From NCBI GenBank assembly GCA_016124335.1, contig WGNX01000009.1, forward strand, positions 101,658-165,657: a DNA stretch of 64,000 nt, read 5' to 3'. The DNA comes from Alphaproteobacteria bacterium (GTDB lineage Bacteria > Pseudomonadota > Alphaproteobacteria > CACIAM-22H2). Every line of letters begins with the position of its first letter. Within the stretch, counting starts at the first letter, position 1. This document shows, in pieces, positions 27,631-37,028 of this stretch. Both the position numbers and the translations under genes were made by a program. Below the pieces are notes generated by a model. The model worked only from the letters and a program-made list of their open reading frames with translations. It was not told the origin of the DNA and did not search any database.

Positions 27631-28629
27631 ATGGAAGAGCCTGTCATGGCCTATGCGACCGCGGCCCATATCGACGCAGACGAGATTCCCGTCATCGATG
27701 TTGCCGGACTTGCCACGGAAGACCCCGCCGCGATCGCCGAAGCCGGCCGACGGATGCGCGAAGCGGCCGAGCAGATCGGCTTCTTCTACGTGCGAAACCA
27801 TGGGATTGCGCGCGAAACGGTCGATCGCGCATTTGAAGCAAGCGGCCGGTTTTTCCGCTCGCCCGAGGAACTCAAGCGCACGGCAACGATCAATGAACGT
27901 CACCGCGGCTTCCTGGCGGTGGGCCAATCGAAAATGTACACGGGCGCCCGCGTCGACCTCAAAGAAAGCTTCCTTTGGGGGCTCGAACTCGGCACTGACG
28001 ATCCGGACGTCGCGGCGGGAAAACCGCTGATGGGGCCGAACAATTGGCCGGCCGCACTGCCGGAAACGCGTGCGGCGTTCTACGCCTACTATCTCGCAGT
28101 GTGCGAATGCGGCCAGCGTCTTCTCAAGGGGCTTGCGGCAAGCCTCGGCCGGGACCCCACGTTTTTCGCCAAGTCGTTTGCAAAGCCGCTCGCCCGCGGA
28201 TCGGCGATCTACTATCCGCCGCAGCCGCCCGACATGGGCGAAACACAGTTCGGCGTGGCACCGCATACCGACTACGGCGGCCTGACGCTGCTGGCGCAGG
28301 ACGATGTGGGCGGGCTCCAGGTTCTTGCGAAAAGCGGGAAATGGGTGACCGCACATCCCATTCCCGACACGCTCGTGGTGAATATCGGCGACCTCATGCA
28401 CCGCTGGACGAACACGCGGTTCAGTTCCAATCCGCACCGCGTCGTCAATGCCTCAGGCCGCGAACGGTTTTCGATCGCCGTATTCTACGACCCGCATCCC
28501 GACACGCTCGTCGATCCGCGCGACCTGCTCGATGATCCGGCTGAGGCGAAATATCCGCCGATCACCTGCGGGGAATATATCGTCGGCCGGTTCGACAAGG
28601 CGTTCAAGTACCGCCAGTCGAAAGCCTGA
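27631..28629 (+). CDS. 2OG/Fe(II) oxygenase, IPNS-like; paralog of the CDS at 13166..14149
   Basis: HTDYGGLTLL, NIGDLMHRWTNTRFSSNPHRV, IPVIDVAGL...FFYVRNHGI; the motifs mirror those of the first copy. Confidence 0.85.
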   Translation: MEEPVMAYATAAHIDADEIPVIDVAGLATEDPAAIAEAGRRMREAAEQIGFFYVRNHGIARETVDRAFEASGRFFRSPEELKRTATINERHRGFLAVGQSKMYTGARVDLKESFLWGLELGTDDPDVAAGKPLMGPNNWPAALPETRAAFYAYYLAVCECGQRLLKGLAASLGRDPTFFAKSFAKPLARGSAIYYPPQPPDMGETQFGVAPHTDYGGLTLLAQDDVGGLQVLAKSGKWVTAHPIPDTLVVNIGDLMHRWTNTRFSSNPHRVVNASGRERFSIAVFYDPHPDTLVDPRDLLDDPAEAKYPPITCGEYIVGRFDKAFKYRQSKA

Positions 28630-29077
28630 CCGCCCGCGCAAGCCAGCCCTCGAGCCATTCGGCGTAGGAGCGCTCGCACCGCAATACGAAACCACCGTCG
28701 GTGCGCCACAGCAACACGCCGATATCGCCAAGACGCGCGCGGCCGATAAAGCCTGCCGGTGCACGCTCAAGATCGAGCGCGATACCTTGCATCAGAACGT
28801 CGAGCGCGCCTGCACCGGTCACGATGAAACCACCATATGCGTCCGACAGGTCGATAGCGCCCGGACCCGGAACTCCGTCGCCGAAAGCAAGCCACGTACC
28901 CGGTGCGATCGAAACCGCTTCGTCAGTCGGTCGGTCAGCGCATAGCCATGCGGAAACCTGCTCGCGCCCGATCGGCTGGATTGACGCAATCGAACTAGCC
29001 ACGCTGCCGCTCTCCCTTCGGATCGTAGAACGAAGGCGGCACGACTTGCGCGCCGGCCGTTCCGTCGGCGAGAGCAA
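28604..29077 (-). CDS. soxG: Sarcosine oxidase gamma subunit
   Basis: The last gene of the sox operon, with SoxG-like size and position. Its first ATG overlaps soxA by about 80 nt, so the true start is uncertain. Confidence 0.6.
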   Translation of the reverse strand: MLSPTERPARKSCRLRSTIRRESGSVASSIASIQPIGREQVSAWLCADRPTDEAVSIAPGTWLAFGDGVPGPGAIDLSDAYGGFIVTGAGALDVLMQGIALDLERAPAGFIGRARLGDIGVLLWRTDGGFVLRCERSYAEWLEGWLARAVRLSTGGT

Positions 29078-31895
29078 GCGTCACGTCGCTCCCCGTCAGC
29101 GACCGGCCATCCTCGATCAGGGCCATCGCCAGCGACCGGCCGAGCGCATCGCTCCAGCAGCTTGCCGTGACAAAGCCGCGCGTCCGGTCGCCTTGTGCAC
29201 GCAACACGGCGGAACCTTCGGGAAGGACAAATTGCGGGTCGCGCGCCATGAGACCGACGAGTTGGGGCCGGCCACTGGGCGATGCCCGGTCGCGCAGCAG
29301 CGCCTGGCGGCCGACGAAATCCGGTTTGTCGGCATGGACGGCAAAGGAAAGGCCCAGATCGTCCGGCCCGCAAATGCCGTCTGCCTCGTGACCGACGGAA
29401 ATAAAGCCCTTCTCGATCCGCAGCACGTGGTTTGCCTCCGACCCGACGGGTGCGATCGCGTGTCGACGGCCGGCCTCCAGCAAATCGCGCCATGCCTGTG
29501 GCGCTGCCGATGCAGGCAGGAAAATCTCGAACGAAAGCTCGCCCGTGAAGCCCGCGCGTGCCACTTGCACCGGCAGGCCCGCAAAACTGCACGCGGCAAG
29601 GCCGAGGAACGGGAAGCGTTCGGGAAGCGAAAGACCGGTGTCCGCAAGCACGGCACGCGCACGCGGCCCGCAGACCACGATATCGGCCCATTGTTCCGTC
29701 ACGTTCAGAACGCCGACGCGCAATTCGGGGCGCAGGATCTGTCGGCAATATTCGAAGCGCTGGTGGCAGGCATCCGCATTGCCGGTCGTCGTCGTCACGA
29801 AATAGCGATCCATCGCCGTCCGGAAAACGATGCCGTCGTCGAAGAGCCGCCCATCCTCGTGCAGTTGCAGTGCATATCGCCCACGACCGGGCGCAAGATC
29901 GGACAGGCGCGTCGCATAGACGAAATCGAGAAACGTTGCCGCATCCGGCCCGACGACCTCGAACTTGCCCAGCGGCGAAGAGTCGTACATGCCGGCCATC
30001 TGTCGCACCGCACGGCATTCGCGCCGCACGGCGGCTTCCATCGTGTCGCCGGCCTGCGGGTAGTAACCGGGCCGACGCCAATGTGCTCCTGCCTCGTACA
30101 TCACCGCGCCGGCCGCTTCATGCCAGGCTGTCAATGTCGTGGCGCGTGACGGTCGCAGCAGCGTACCGTTTGTGTCGGCAATCGTTGAAAACGGCACAGG
30201 CACGAAAGGCGGGCGATAGGTTGTCGTCCCGACCAGCCCCGGCGCAACCCGTTTTGCCTGCGCCAGCGCTTCTATAGCAGCAAGGTTGCCCATGCGCCCC
30301 TGATCGATCGCCATCCCGGTCGTCGTATAGCGCTTCAGCAGTTCGACCGATTCGTATCCTTCGCGTGCCGCCAATCGCAGGTCGTCAATCGTCACGTCGG
30401 CGGCAAAATCGACGAACGCCTTGCGATGCGCGACGTCGGCTGCCAGCGGTTCGCTGCCTGGCTCCGCGCGGGCATCGCCGCCCTCGGCGCGCGGCGGCGC
30501 CGTCGAGTCCACGCGGCACCCCGCTGCGCGGGCCGCTTCCCGCCCGGCCGCACTCCCGTCGCGAAGCACCTCGTCAAGCGAGGCGGCTCCGTTGCATGCG
30601 CCGGCACTCCACGCGCCGTCGTGCGGCCCGTCCGGAACGAACGCCCTCAGTTTTCCGACATGCCGTAGCCGGCCGCCTGAATGCGAGTGCAGATGGACAA
30701 GCGGCGTCGTCCCGCCCGACATCGCAACCACATCGCAGTCGAGCGTTCGGGATCGGCTATCGCCGCCAACGAGACGCACGCCGCGCACCGGCGATCCCAC
30801 GATCCCGGTTGGCGTGAACTCCGCATGGCATTCGATGCCGGCCGCACGCGCTTTGGCGACAAGTTCCGGGTCCGGCACCACACGCGGATCGACGATGTGG
30901 CGAACGGCGACGCCTGCCATCGCAAGAGCAACCGCATCGTCATAGGCGGCATCGTTGTCGGCGACAGCCACGACTTCCCGCCCGACCGCCACGCCGTGGC
31001 GCACGGCGAATGCCAGCGCGGCCGTCAGCAGCATCGCGCCCGGCCGATCATTGTCGGGAAAGACCAACGGGCGCTCGATGGCGCCTGTCGCCAGCACGAT
31101 GGACTTTGCGCGGATCTTCCACAGGCGTGCCGGTCGCCCCTCCGGTGAACGTTCGAGCGCGACGACAAGGCCACCGTCATATCGGCCTATCGCGGTCGTC
31201 CGGGCAAGGACCCGCACGCCGTTCGCAGCCAACGATTTTGCGCATAGCCGCGCCCATTCCCGCCCATCGACCCCATCGATGCGCAGGTCCGGCCGGTCGA
31301 GCAGCCGGCCGCCCGGCGCCTCGCCTTCGTCGAGCAGGATTATCCGCGACGCGTTCGATGCCACAGCGCGCGCCGCTGCAAGCCCGGCCGCGCCCGCACC
31401 GATGACCAGCACATCGCAATGCGCATTGCGCTTGGGCGTTTCGGCGGCCGGTCGGTCGGGCAATCGGCCGATGCCCGCCGCCTTGCGGATCATCGGCTCG
31501 AACAGCGGCCACAGCCGCCCGCCCGGGCCACGAAATGTCTTGTAGTAGAAACCGGCCGGCATCAGCGCGGAGAAAGTGCCCAGAAACGATTTCGCGTCGA
31601 ACCGGGCCGACGGCCAGCAGTTGGCGGCCCGCGCATTGAGCCCGTCGAAAGCTCGAACATTCGTTGCCAGTTCAATCCCGTCGGGCGTTTCGACAACAGC
31701 GTTTGGCTCCCACGATCCGAACCCGACGATTCCACGTGGACGGTGATATTTGAAACTTCGCGCCACCGTCGAAAGGCCGTTTGCGATGAGCGAAGCCGCG
31801 AGAGGCTCGCCGCGTCGCGCCGACAGGCGCATGCCGTCGAAATCGATCTCGACCGTGTCGTCGGGCACGAGCGGCAGGAGCCTGTAGCCGCTCAT
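28995..31895 (-). CDS. soxA: Sarcosine oxidase alpha subunit (heterotetrameric form; C-terminal GcvT-like domain)
   Basis: MSGYRLLPLVPDDTVEIDFDGMRLSARRGEPLAASLIANGL... , 966 aa. The track ORF extends 108 codons upstream of the real start. Confidence 0.9.
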   Translation of the reverse strand: MSGYRLLPLVPDDTVEIDFDGMRLSARRGEPLAASLIANGLSTVARSFKYHRPRGIVGFGSWEPNAVVETPDGIELATNVRAFDGLNARAANCWPSARFDAKSFLGTFSALMPAGFYYKTFRGPGGRLWPLFEPMIRKAAGIGRLPDRPAAETPKRNAHCDVLVIGAGAAGLAAARAVASNASRIILLDEGEAPGGRLLDRPDLRIDGVDGREWARLCAKSLAANGVRVLARTTAIGRYDGGLVVALERSPEGRPARLWKIRAKSIVLATGAIERPLVFPDNDRPGAMLLTAALAFAVRHGVAVGREVVAVADNDAAYDDAVALAMAGVAVRHIVDPRVVPDPELVAKARAAGIECHAEFTPTGIVGSPVRGVRLVGGDSRSRTLDCDVVAMSGGTTPLVHLHSHSGGRLRHVGKLRAFVPDGPHDGAWSAGACNGAASLDEVLRDGSAAGREAARAAGCRVDSTAPPRAEGGDARAEPGSEPLAADVAHRKAFVDFAADVTIDDLRLAAREGYESVELLKRYTTTGMAIDQGRMGNLAAIEALAQAKRVAPGLVGTTTYRPPFVPVPFSTIADTNGTLLRPSRATTLTAWHEAAGAVMYEAGAHWRRPGYYPQAGDTMEAAVRRECRAVRQMAGMYDSSPLGKFEVVGPDAATFLDFVYATRLSDLAPGRGRYALQLHEDGRLFDDGIVFRTAMDRYFVTTTTGNADACHQRFEYCRQILRPELRVGVLNVTEQWADIVVCGPRARAVLADTGLSLPERFPFLGLAACSFAGLPVQVARAGFTGELSFEIFLPASAAPQAWRDLLEAGRRHAIAPVGSEANHVLRIEKGFISVGHEADGICGPDDLGLSFAVHADKPDFVGRQALLRDRASPSGRPQLVGLMARDPQFVLPEGSAVLRAQGDRTRGFVTASCWSDALGRSLAMALIEDGRSLTGSDVTLALADGTAGAQVVPPSFYDPKGERQRG

Positions 31896-32125
31896 GGCAC
31901 GAACTCGTTCGTCGCACTGTTGCGGCGCAGTTTCAGCCAGCGACGGCAGCCGAATTTGTGCCACCAGAGTTCCTCGACCGGGCCTTTGGCATTCGCACGG
32001 CCATAGAGCGCTTCGGCGAGACCGTCCTCGCCAACCGGATGGCCGCCACTGTCGCCGAGGCAGACGAACTCGCCAGGTTCGCGCGGGCCACAGTCGGGGC
32101 AAGGGACAAGACGCATGCGCTTCAA
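31892..32125 (-). CDS. soxD: Sarcosine oxidase delta subunit
   Basis: 77 aa with the CPDCG...WWHKFGCRRW zinc-ribbon-like motif typical of SoxD; 4-nt overlaps on both sides. Confidence 0.85.
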   Translation of the reverse strand: MKRMRLVPCPDCGPREPGEFVCLGDSGGHPVGEDGLAEALYGRANAKGPVEELWWHKFGCRRWLKLRRNSATNEFVP

Positions 32126-33369
32126 TCCCTGTTCGACGCGCCGGCGGTTTCATAAAGCGGTCGGCCGGTCGCGAACCGATCAAGCGCGAACGGCGCCACT
32201 TCCGGACCTGGCATGTCATTTGCGATCAGTGCCGCGAAAGCCGCACCACCAGCGGGGATCGCCTTGAATCCGCCCGAACCCCAACCGACATCCAGATAAA
32301 GGCCGTCGACGGGCGCCTTCGAAACGATCGGCGAGGTGTCGTAACAAAGATCGATGGCGCCGGCCCACTGGCGCAGCATGCGCACCCGGCCAAGGACCGG
32401 AAACAGTTCCGCCAGGCTTGTCACGACGCGCTCGATGGTCGCGAAGTCGCCGCGTTGGACATATGAGGGCACGCCGTCGGCTCCGCCTCCGATCACAAGT
32501 TCACCCTTGTCGGATTGGCTGAGATAGACCTGACCCGGGCAATTCACCACGCAATCGAGCATCGGTTTCAGCGGCTCGGAAACGAACGCCTGAAGCGGGA
32601 CAGTCTCGATCGGCAACCGGACACCGGCGGTCTGGGCCAGCACGCTTGCGTGCGCGGATACCGCGAGCGCGACTTTCGGCGCCACCACGAAGCCCATCGC
32701 CGTCTCGACGCCCGTCACCCTTCCACCCTCGCGGCGGACGGCCGTAACCTCGCAACCCTGAACGATATCGACCCCCAGCGCATCGGCGGCACGCGCATAG
32801 CCCCATGCGACGGCATCGTGCCGGGCAACGCCGGCGCTCGGATGCCATGTCGCGGCCAGCACCGGAAACCGCTTGGCGCCGTCAAGATCGAGGATCGGCA
32901 CGCGCGCTTTCGCCGCTTCCGGCGAGACGATTTCGAACGGCACGCCGGCAAGACGCATCAGCACCTGGCGACGCTTGACGTCGCGCAGCTTCGCCCAGGT
33001 CTGGATAAGGTCGATCTGGCCGCGTTCGGAGAACATGACGTTGAAGCCCAGTTCGCCCGACATTTCGCGCCACATCCGCAGGCCTTCGGCATGAAAGCGG
33101 ATTGATTCCTCGCGAAGGTAGTTGGCGCGGATCGTCACCGTATTACGGCCGGTATTGCCGCCGCCGATCCACCCCTTGTCGACGACCAGCACGTTTCGCA
33201 TGCCGTGCCGGCGTGCGAGATAATAGGCGGTCGCAAGACCATGGCCGCCGGCACCGACGATCACGGCTTCGTAGCGCTCGCGCGGCCTGGGGCTACGCCA
33301 CGCGCGCGGCCACCCGGCATGGCCCGTCAGCGCATTTCGCGCCAGCGCCCAGATGGAATAGCCGCGCAT
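32122..33369 (-). CDS. soxB: Sarcosine oxidase beta subunit
   Basis: FAD motif YEAVIVGAGGHGLATAYYLA; 415 aa; the first gene of a soxBDAG operon. Confidence 0.9.
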   Translation of the reverse strand: MRGYSIWALARNALTGHAGWPRAWRSPRPRERYEAVIVGAGGHGLATAYYLARRHGMRNVLVVDKGWIGGGNTGRNTVTIRANYLREESIRFHAEGLRMWREMSGELGFNVMFSERGQIDLIQTWAKLRDVKRRQVLMRLAGVPFEIVSPEAAKARVPILDLDGAKRFPVLAATWHPSAGVARHDAVAWGYARAADALGVDIVQGCEVTAVRREGGRVTGVETAMGFVVAPKVALAVSAHASVLAQTAGVRLPIETVPLQAFVSEPLKPMLDCVVNCPGQVYLSQSDKGELVIGGGADGVPSYVQRGDFATIERVVTSLAELFPVLGRVRMLRQWAGAIDLCYDTSPIVSKAPVDGLYLDVGWGSGGFKAIPAGGAAFAALIANDMPGPEVAPFALDRFATGRPLYETAGASNRD

Positions 33370-33376
33370 CGCCTGC

Positions 33377-33985
33377 CTAGACGTGTTCCCAGTCGTCGAG
33401 CTTGCCGGAATTGGGCGGCGAATAGCCCAGCACGTCTCCCTTCGTCGTCACGCCCAGCCCGTTCAGCAGGCGGTTCGAATAGTTGAAATAGGCGCAGACC
33501 TGATTTGCCTCGAAGATCTCCGCATCCGAGGCGCCGGCCGCGCGCGCGGCCTCGATGTCTTCCTCCGCCATCTTCTGCGGCTCGAGCGTCAGCTTGCGCA
33601 CATAGCGCAGAAGCCCCAGTTCCTTGCCGTCGAAGACCCGCTCGGGTGCCGCCATCGTCAACGCCTGATAGATCGAACGTGCGCGCTCGTCGTCCTTCAA
33701 GAGGCGCGTGAGACCCGCATAGTGATGCGCGACGGAATATTCGCACCTGTTCGACAGGCTCGTGTAGATGCCGAGGCACTCAAGGAACCACACCGGCAGC
33801 GTGTTGCCCGTGTGGTGGAGAACGCTTTTGTAAAGCGCGCTGTGGCCCTCCATCGTGTGCGGCCGCAGCGAGTGGATCTTCATGACGTTGTCGATCGCCC
33901 CGCCGGGCCCCTTCACCCGATCGTAAAGTTCGCGCAGATAGCCGGTTGCTTCCTCGTACTGCAGCATTCGGATCCAGGCGGTCAT
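33377..33985 (-). CDS. Carboxymuconolactone decarboxylase (AhpD-like, peroxidase-related) family protein
   Basis: CMD-domain composition; the start was chosen at MTAWIRMLQYEE. Confidence 0.6.
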   Translation of the reverse strand: MTAWIRMLQYEEATGYLRELYDRVKGPGGAIDNVMKIHSLRPHTMEGHSALYKSVLHHTGNTLPVWFLECLGIYTSLSNRCEYSVAHHYAGLTRLLKDDERARSIYQALTMAAPERVFDGKELGLLRYVRKLTLEPQKMAEEDIEAARAAGASDAEIFEANQVCAYFNYSNRLLNGLGVTTKGDVLGYSPPNSGKLDDWEHV

Positions 33986-34013
33986 GTCGTCTTCTCCGGT
34001 ATTCGGGCGGGGG

Positions 34014-35255
34014 TCAGAAACGCGTTGGCGAATAGGGCAAAAGGTCGATGCCGGGCGACCGGCCGGCGACAAGGTCGGCGACGATCGCTGCGGTTTTCGC
34101 GGCGAGCGTCACGCCGAGATGCGCATGCCCGAACGCGAGGATCGCGCGGGGGCTTGCCGGTGCGGGACCGATCACCGGCAAGCCGTCGGGAAGCGAAGGT
34201 CGCGGTCCCATCCATTCGGTTGCGCCGCCGGTTCGCAATCCGGGCAAGAGGCGCTGTGCGGCACGTACAAGCATCGCTGAACGCGAATAATCCGGCGGCG
34301 CGTCGAGGCCCGCAAACTCGACCGTGCCCGCAAGGCGAAGGCCCATCGTCATCGACGTGAGCGCGTATTTTCCTTCGCCATCGATCATCTGGGCCGGCAA
34401 GTCGATGCCGGGATCCGGCAGGACCGCGTGATAGCCGCGCTCGACGTCGAGCGGCACGCGTGCACCGAGCTTTGCGGCAAACGCCTTTGAGTGCGCACCG
34501 GCAGCAAGCACCAGTTGCCCCGCGTGGAAACCGCCCGATTTCGTGCGCAGGTGGACGGCATCGGCATCCGCCGCCAGGTCGAGAACCGCCTCGCGCACGA
34601 CCGTTCCGCCCGCGGCGTCGAAGGCCTGCATCAAGCCATCGCACAGGCCGCCCGGATCGACGACATGGCCCGCGTCGGGCGAGTAGATGCCGTAGCGGAA
34701 TTCCGGCGACAGCATCGGCGCGAAGGATGAGAGCCAAGCCGCTTCGACCGGATCGGCGGCCACGCCACGCTTGCGGCGAAGCGCATGTGCGGGCTCCGCC
34801 GCCCGCCGGCTGCGTTCGCTTGCATAGACATAGAGAATGCCCTGCTTGCGGAAGAAGCGATCCACACCCGCGCTTTTGGCGAACGCAGACCATGTCTCGC
34901 AAGCACCCAGCGTCAATGCCGCGAGCGCCTTCGAGCAGGCTTCGACGCGGTGGGGCAGCGCATTGAGCACAAAGCGGGCAATCCAAGGCAGCAGGTGCGG
35001 CAGATAGGCCGGCCGGATCGCGATCGGCGACAATGGATCGAACAGCATGCCCGGCAGCGCGCGGATCGTCGCCGGCATCGCAAGCGGCGCCACCCAGCCC
35101 GGCGTGATCCCGCCGGCGTTGCCGAACGAGGCGCCCCGACCGGGTGCCGGATCGAATAGCGTGACCTTGCGACCCTGTACGACGAGCGCATATGCACAGG
35201 CGAGCCCGACGATTCCGCCGCCGACAATCGCAATTTCGATTTGCCGGTCGCTCAC
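34014..35255 (-). CDS. FAD-dependent oxidoreductase, D-amino-acid dehydrogenase (DadA)/opine-oxidase-B-like
   Basis: IAIVGGGIVGLACAYAL Rossmann motif. The probable GTG start sits about 30 codons inside the track ORF, which would otherwise overlap the downstream permease gene. Confidence 0.75.
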   Translation of the reverse strand: MSDRQIEIAIVGGGIVGLACAYALVVQGRKVTLFDPAPGRGASFGNAGGITPGWVAPLAMPATIRALPGMLFDPLSPIAIRPAYLPHLLPWIARFVLNALPHRVEACSKALAALTLGACETWSAFAKSAGVDRFFRKQGILYVYASERSRRAAEPAHALRRKRGVAADPVEAAWLSSFAPMLSPEFRYGIYSPDAGHVVDPGGLCDGLMQAFDAAGGTVVREAVLDLAADADAVHLRTKSGGFHAGQLVLAAGAHSKAFAAKLGARVPLDVERGYHAVLPDPGIDLPAQMIDGEGKYALTSMTMGLRLAGTVEFAGLDAPPDYSRSAMLVRAAQRLLPGLRTGGATEWMGPRPSLPDGLPVIGPAPASPRAILAFGHAHLGVTLAAKTAAIVADLVAGRSPGIDLLPYSPTRF

Positions 35256-36142
35256 CGGAATCGCCCGAGTCTGGTCTCGAGGCGCGCGAACAGCCGCGAG
35301 AGCGCGTAGCAGAGCGAGAAATACAGCACGGCGACGATGATCCACGCCTCGAACACCCGCGTCGTCGTCGCGGCGACTTCATTGCCCAGGAACGTCAGAT
35401 CCTGAATCGAGATCAGCGAGACGATCGAGGAGTCCTTGACCAGCGAGATGAATTGCCCGGCCAATGGCGGCAGCGTGCGCTGGATCGCCTGGGGCAGGAC
35501 GACGAGACGCAGGCACTTCCAGCGGGTGAAGCCGAGGGCGCGCGAGGCTTCCCATTGGCCGCGATCGATCGATTCGATCCCGCCGCGCACGATCTCGGTG
35601 ACGTAGGCACCTTCGAACAGCGCAAGGCACGCGACCGCCGAGGCGAGTGCGGGCAGGTATTGGGTTGGCCCCAGCAGGAAATCGATGGTCGCGCGCGTCG
35701 CCGGCGCGGCCGAGCGCGCCCACACGTCGAGGCCGAGCACCGGCACGATCTGGCTGGTGAGAAAGAAATAAACGACGAAGACGAAGACGAGCGGAGGCAC
35801 ATTTCGGACGAGTTCGACATAGCTTCGCGAGACGAGCCGCAGGAAGAGCGAGGTCGACACGCGTGCGATTCCCATCGCCGCACCGATGATCGCGGCGAAT
35901 ATCGCGGCCCAAAGCGACATGCGGATCGTCGTCCACAGGCCGCTCAAGATGAGATTGGGGATCCATGCATCCCTGGCGGGATCGTAGCGGATCACGAATC
36001 CCCAGACAGGTGCCCAGTTCCAGTTGTAGCGGAGCACCGTCTGCGCACGCCAGACCACGTAGATCGCGGCTACGACGACGAGCGCCAGGACAACCGCGTC
36101 CACGAGACCAAACCGCCGCCCGCGCGGAGCGGGCGGCGGCAT
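35252..36142 (-). CDS. Polar amino acid ABC transporter permease (HisM/HisQ type)
   Basis: EAA motif GQWEASRALGFTRWKCLRLVVLPQA. Confidence 0.8.
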   Translation of the reverse strand: MPPPAPRGRRFGLVDAVVLALVVVAAIYVVWRAQTVLRYNWNWAPVWGFVIRYDPARDAWIPNLILSGLWTTIRMSLWAAIFAAIIGAAMGIARVSTSLFLRLVSRSYVELVRNVPPLVFVFVVYFFLTSQIVPVLGLDVWARSAAPATRATIDFLLGPTQYLPALASAVACLALFEGAYVTEIVRGGIESIDRGQWEASRALGFTRWKCLRLVVLPQAIQRTLPPLAGQFISLVKDSSIVSLISIQDLTFLGNEVAATTTRVFEAWIIVAVLYFSLCYALSRLFARLETRLGRFR

Positions 36143-36159
36143 GGCGGGCAGGTCGATGC

Positions 36160-36993
36160 TTACTGAGCCTGCTGGTCTTTCCACTCGCGCGCCTTGAACC
36201 AGTACGCCTGACGCTCGGCAAGCCAACCGTCGAGCGTTTTCGACTGGATCCAGTTGTTGAGGAAGTTGAGCGCGTCAGGGTCGCCCTTGCGCACGGCCAT
36301 AGCGTCGGCCTGCTTCACCAGCACGTCCGGGAACGGCCGGAAGAGCGTGTCGGGATGGTCGAGGGCCGCAAAGCCGGGCTTCGGCACGGTGCTCACCCAT
36401 GCGTGCGCGCGGTCGTTCTGGACCTCGAGCAGTGCGGGCGCATCGTCGTCGAACAGGCGAAGGGTCGCTTTCGGGAACATGCGCTGTGCCGTAGTCGCGG
36501 CCGACGTGCCGCGACGTGCGGCGAGCGTCACGGTCGGCTTGTCGAAGTCCGCGAGCGTCTTGAACCCGCCGGCGAGCTTCTTGCTGGCGACAACGTCGAC
36601 GCCCGTCGCCGAATAGGGCGACGTGAAGTTGACGGTGAGGTTGCGCGCCGGCGTGATCGTCATGCCGCCGATGATGAAGTCGAACTGGCCTGCGAGCAGT
36701 GCGGGAATGATACCGTCCCACGCCGTCGGGACGAACTCGGGCTTGACGCCCATGTCTTCGGCCAGCTTCTTGGCGACATCGACCTCGTACCCGATCAGGT
36801 CGCCGGACTTGCTGCGGAAGGCCCATGGAACGAACGTCGACAGGCCCACGCGCAGCGTTCCCCGTTTCTTGATTTCCTCGATGGCGCTTGAGGCGGCGAG
36901 CCCCTGGCGTACATCTTGAGCCTTTGCCACCGGCGGAACTGCCAGCGCCGCGACGGCGAGTGTCGCAAAGGCGATTTTCCTCAGACTGAACAT
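36160..36993 (-). CDS. Polar amino acid ABC transporter substrate-binding protein
   Basis: Signal peptide MFSLRKIAFATLAVAALAVPPVAKAQD; SBP_bac_3-like. Confidence 0.85.
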   Translation of the reverse strand: MFSLRKIAFATLAVAALAVPPVAKAQDVRQGLAASSAIEEIKKRGTLRVGLSTFVPWAFRSKSGDLIGYEVDVAKKLAEDMGVKPEFVPTAWDGIIPALLAGQFDFIIGGMTITPARNLTVNFTSPYSATGVDVVASKKLAGGFKTLADFDKPTVTLAARRGTSAATTAQRMFPKATLRLFDDDAPALLEVQNDRAHAWVSTVPKPGFAALDHPDTLFRPFPDVLVKQADAMAVRKGDPDALNFLNNWIQSKTLDGWLAERQAYWFKAREWKDQQAQ

Positions 36994-37028
36994 GGAGCCT
37001 CCTTCTTCTTCCTGCTTCGGGTTGGGTT

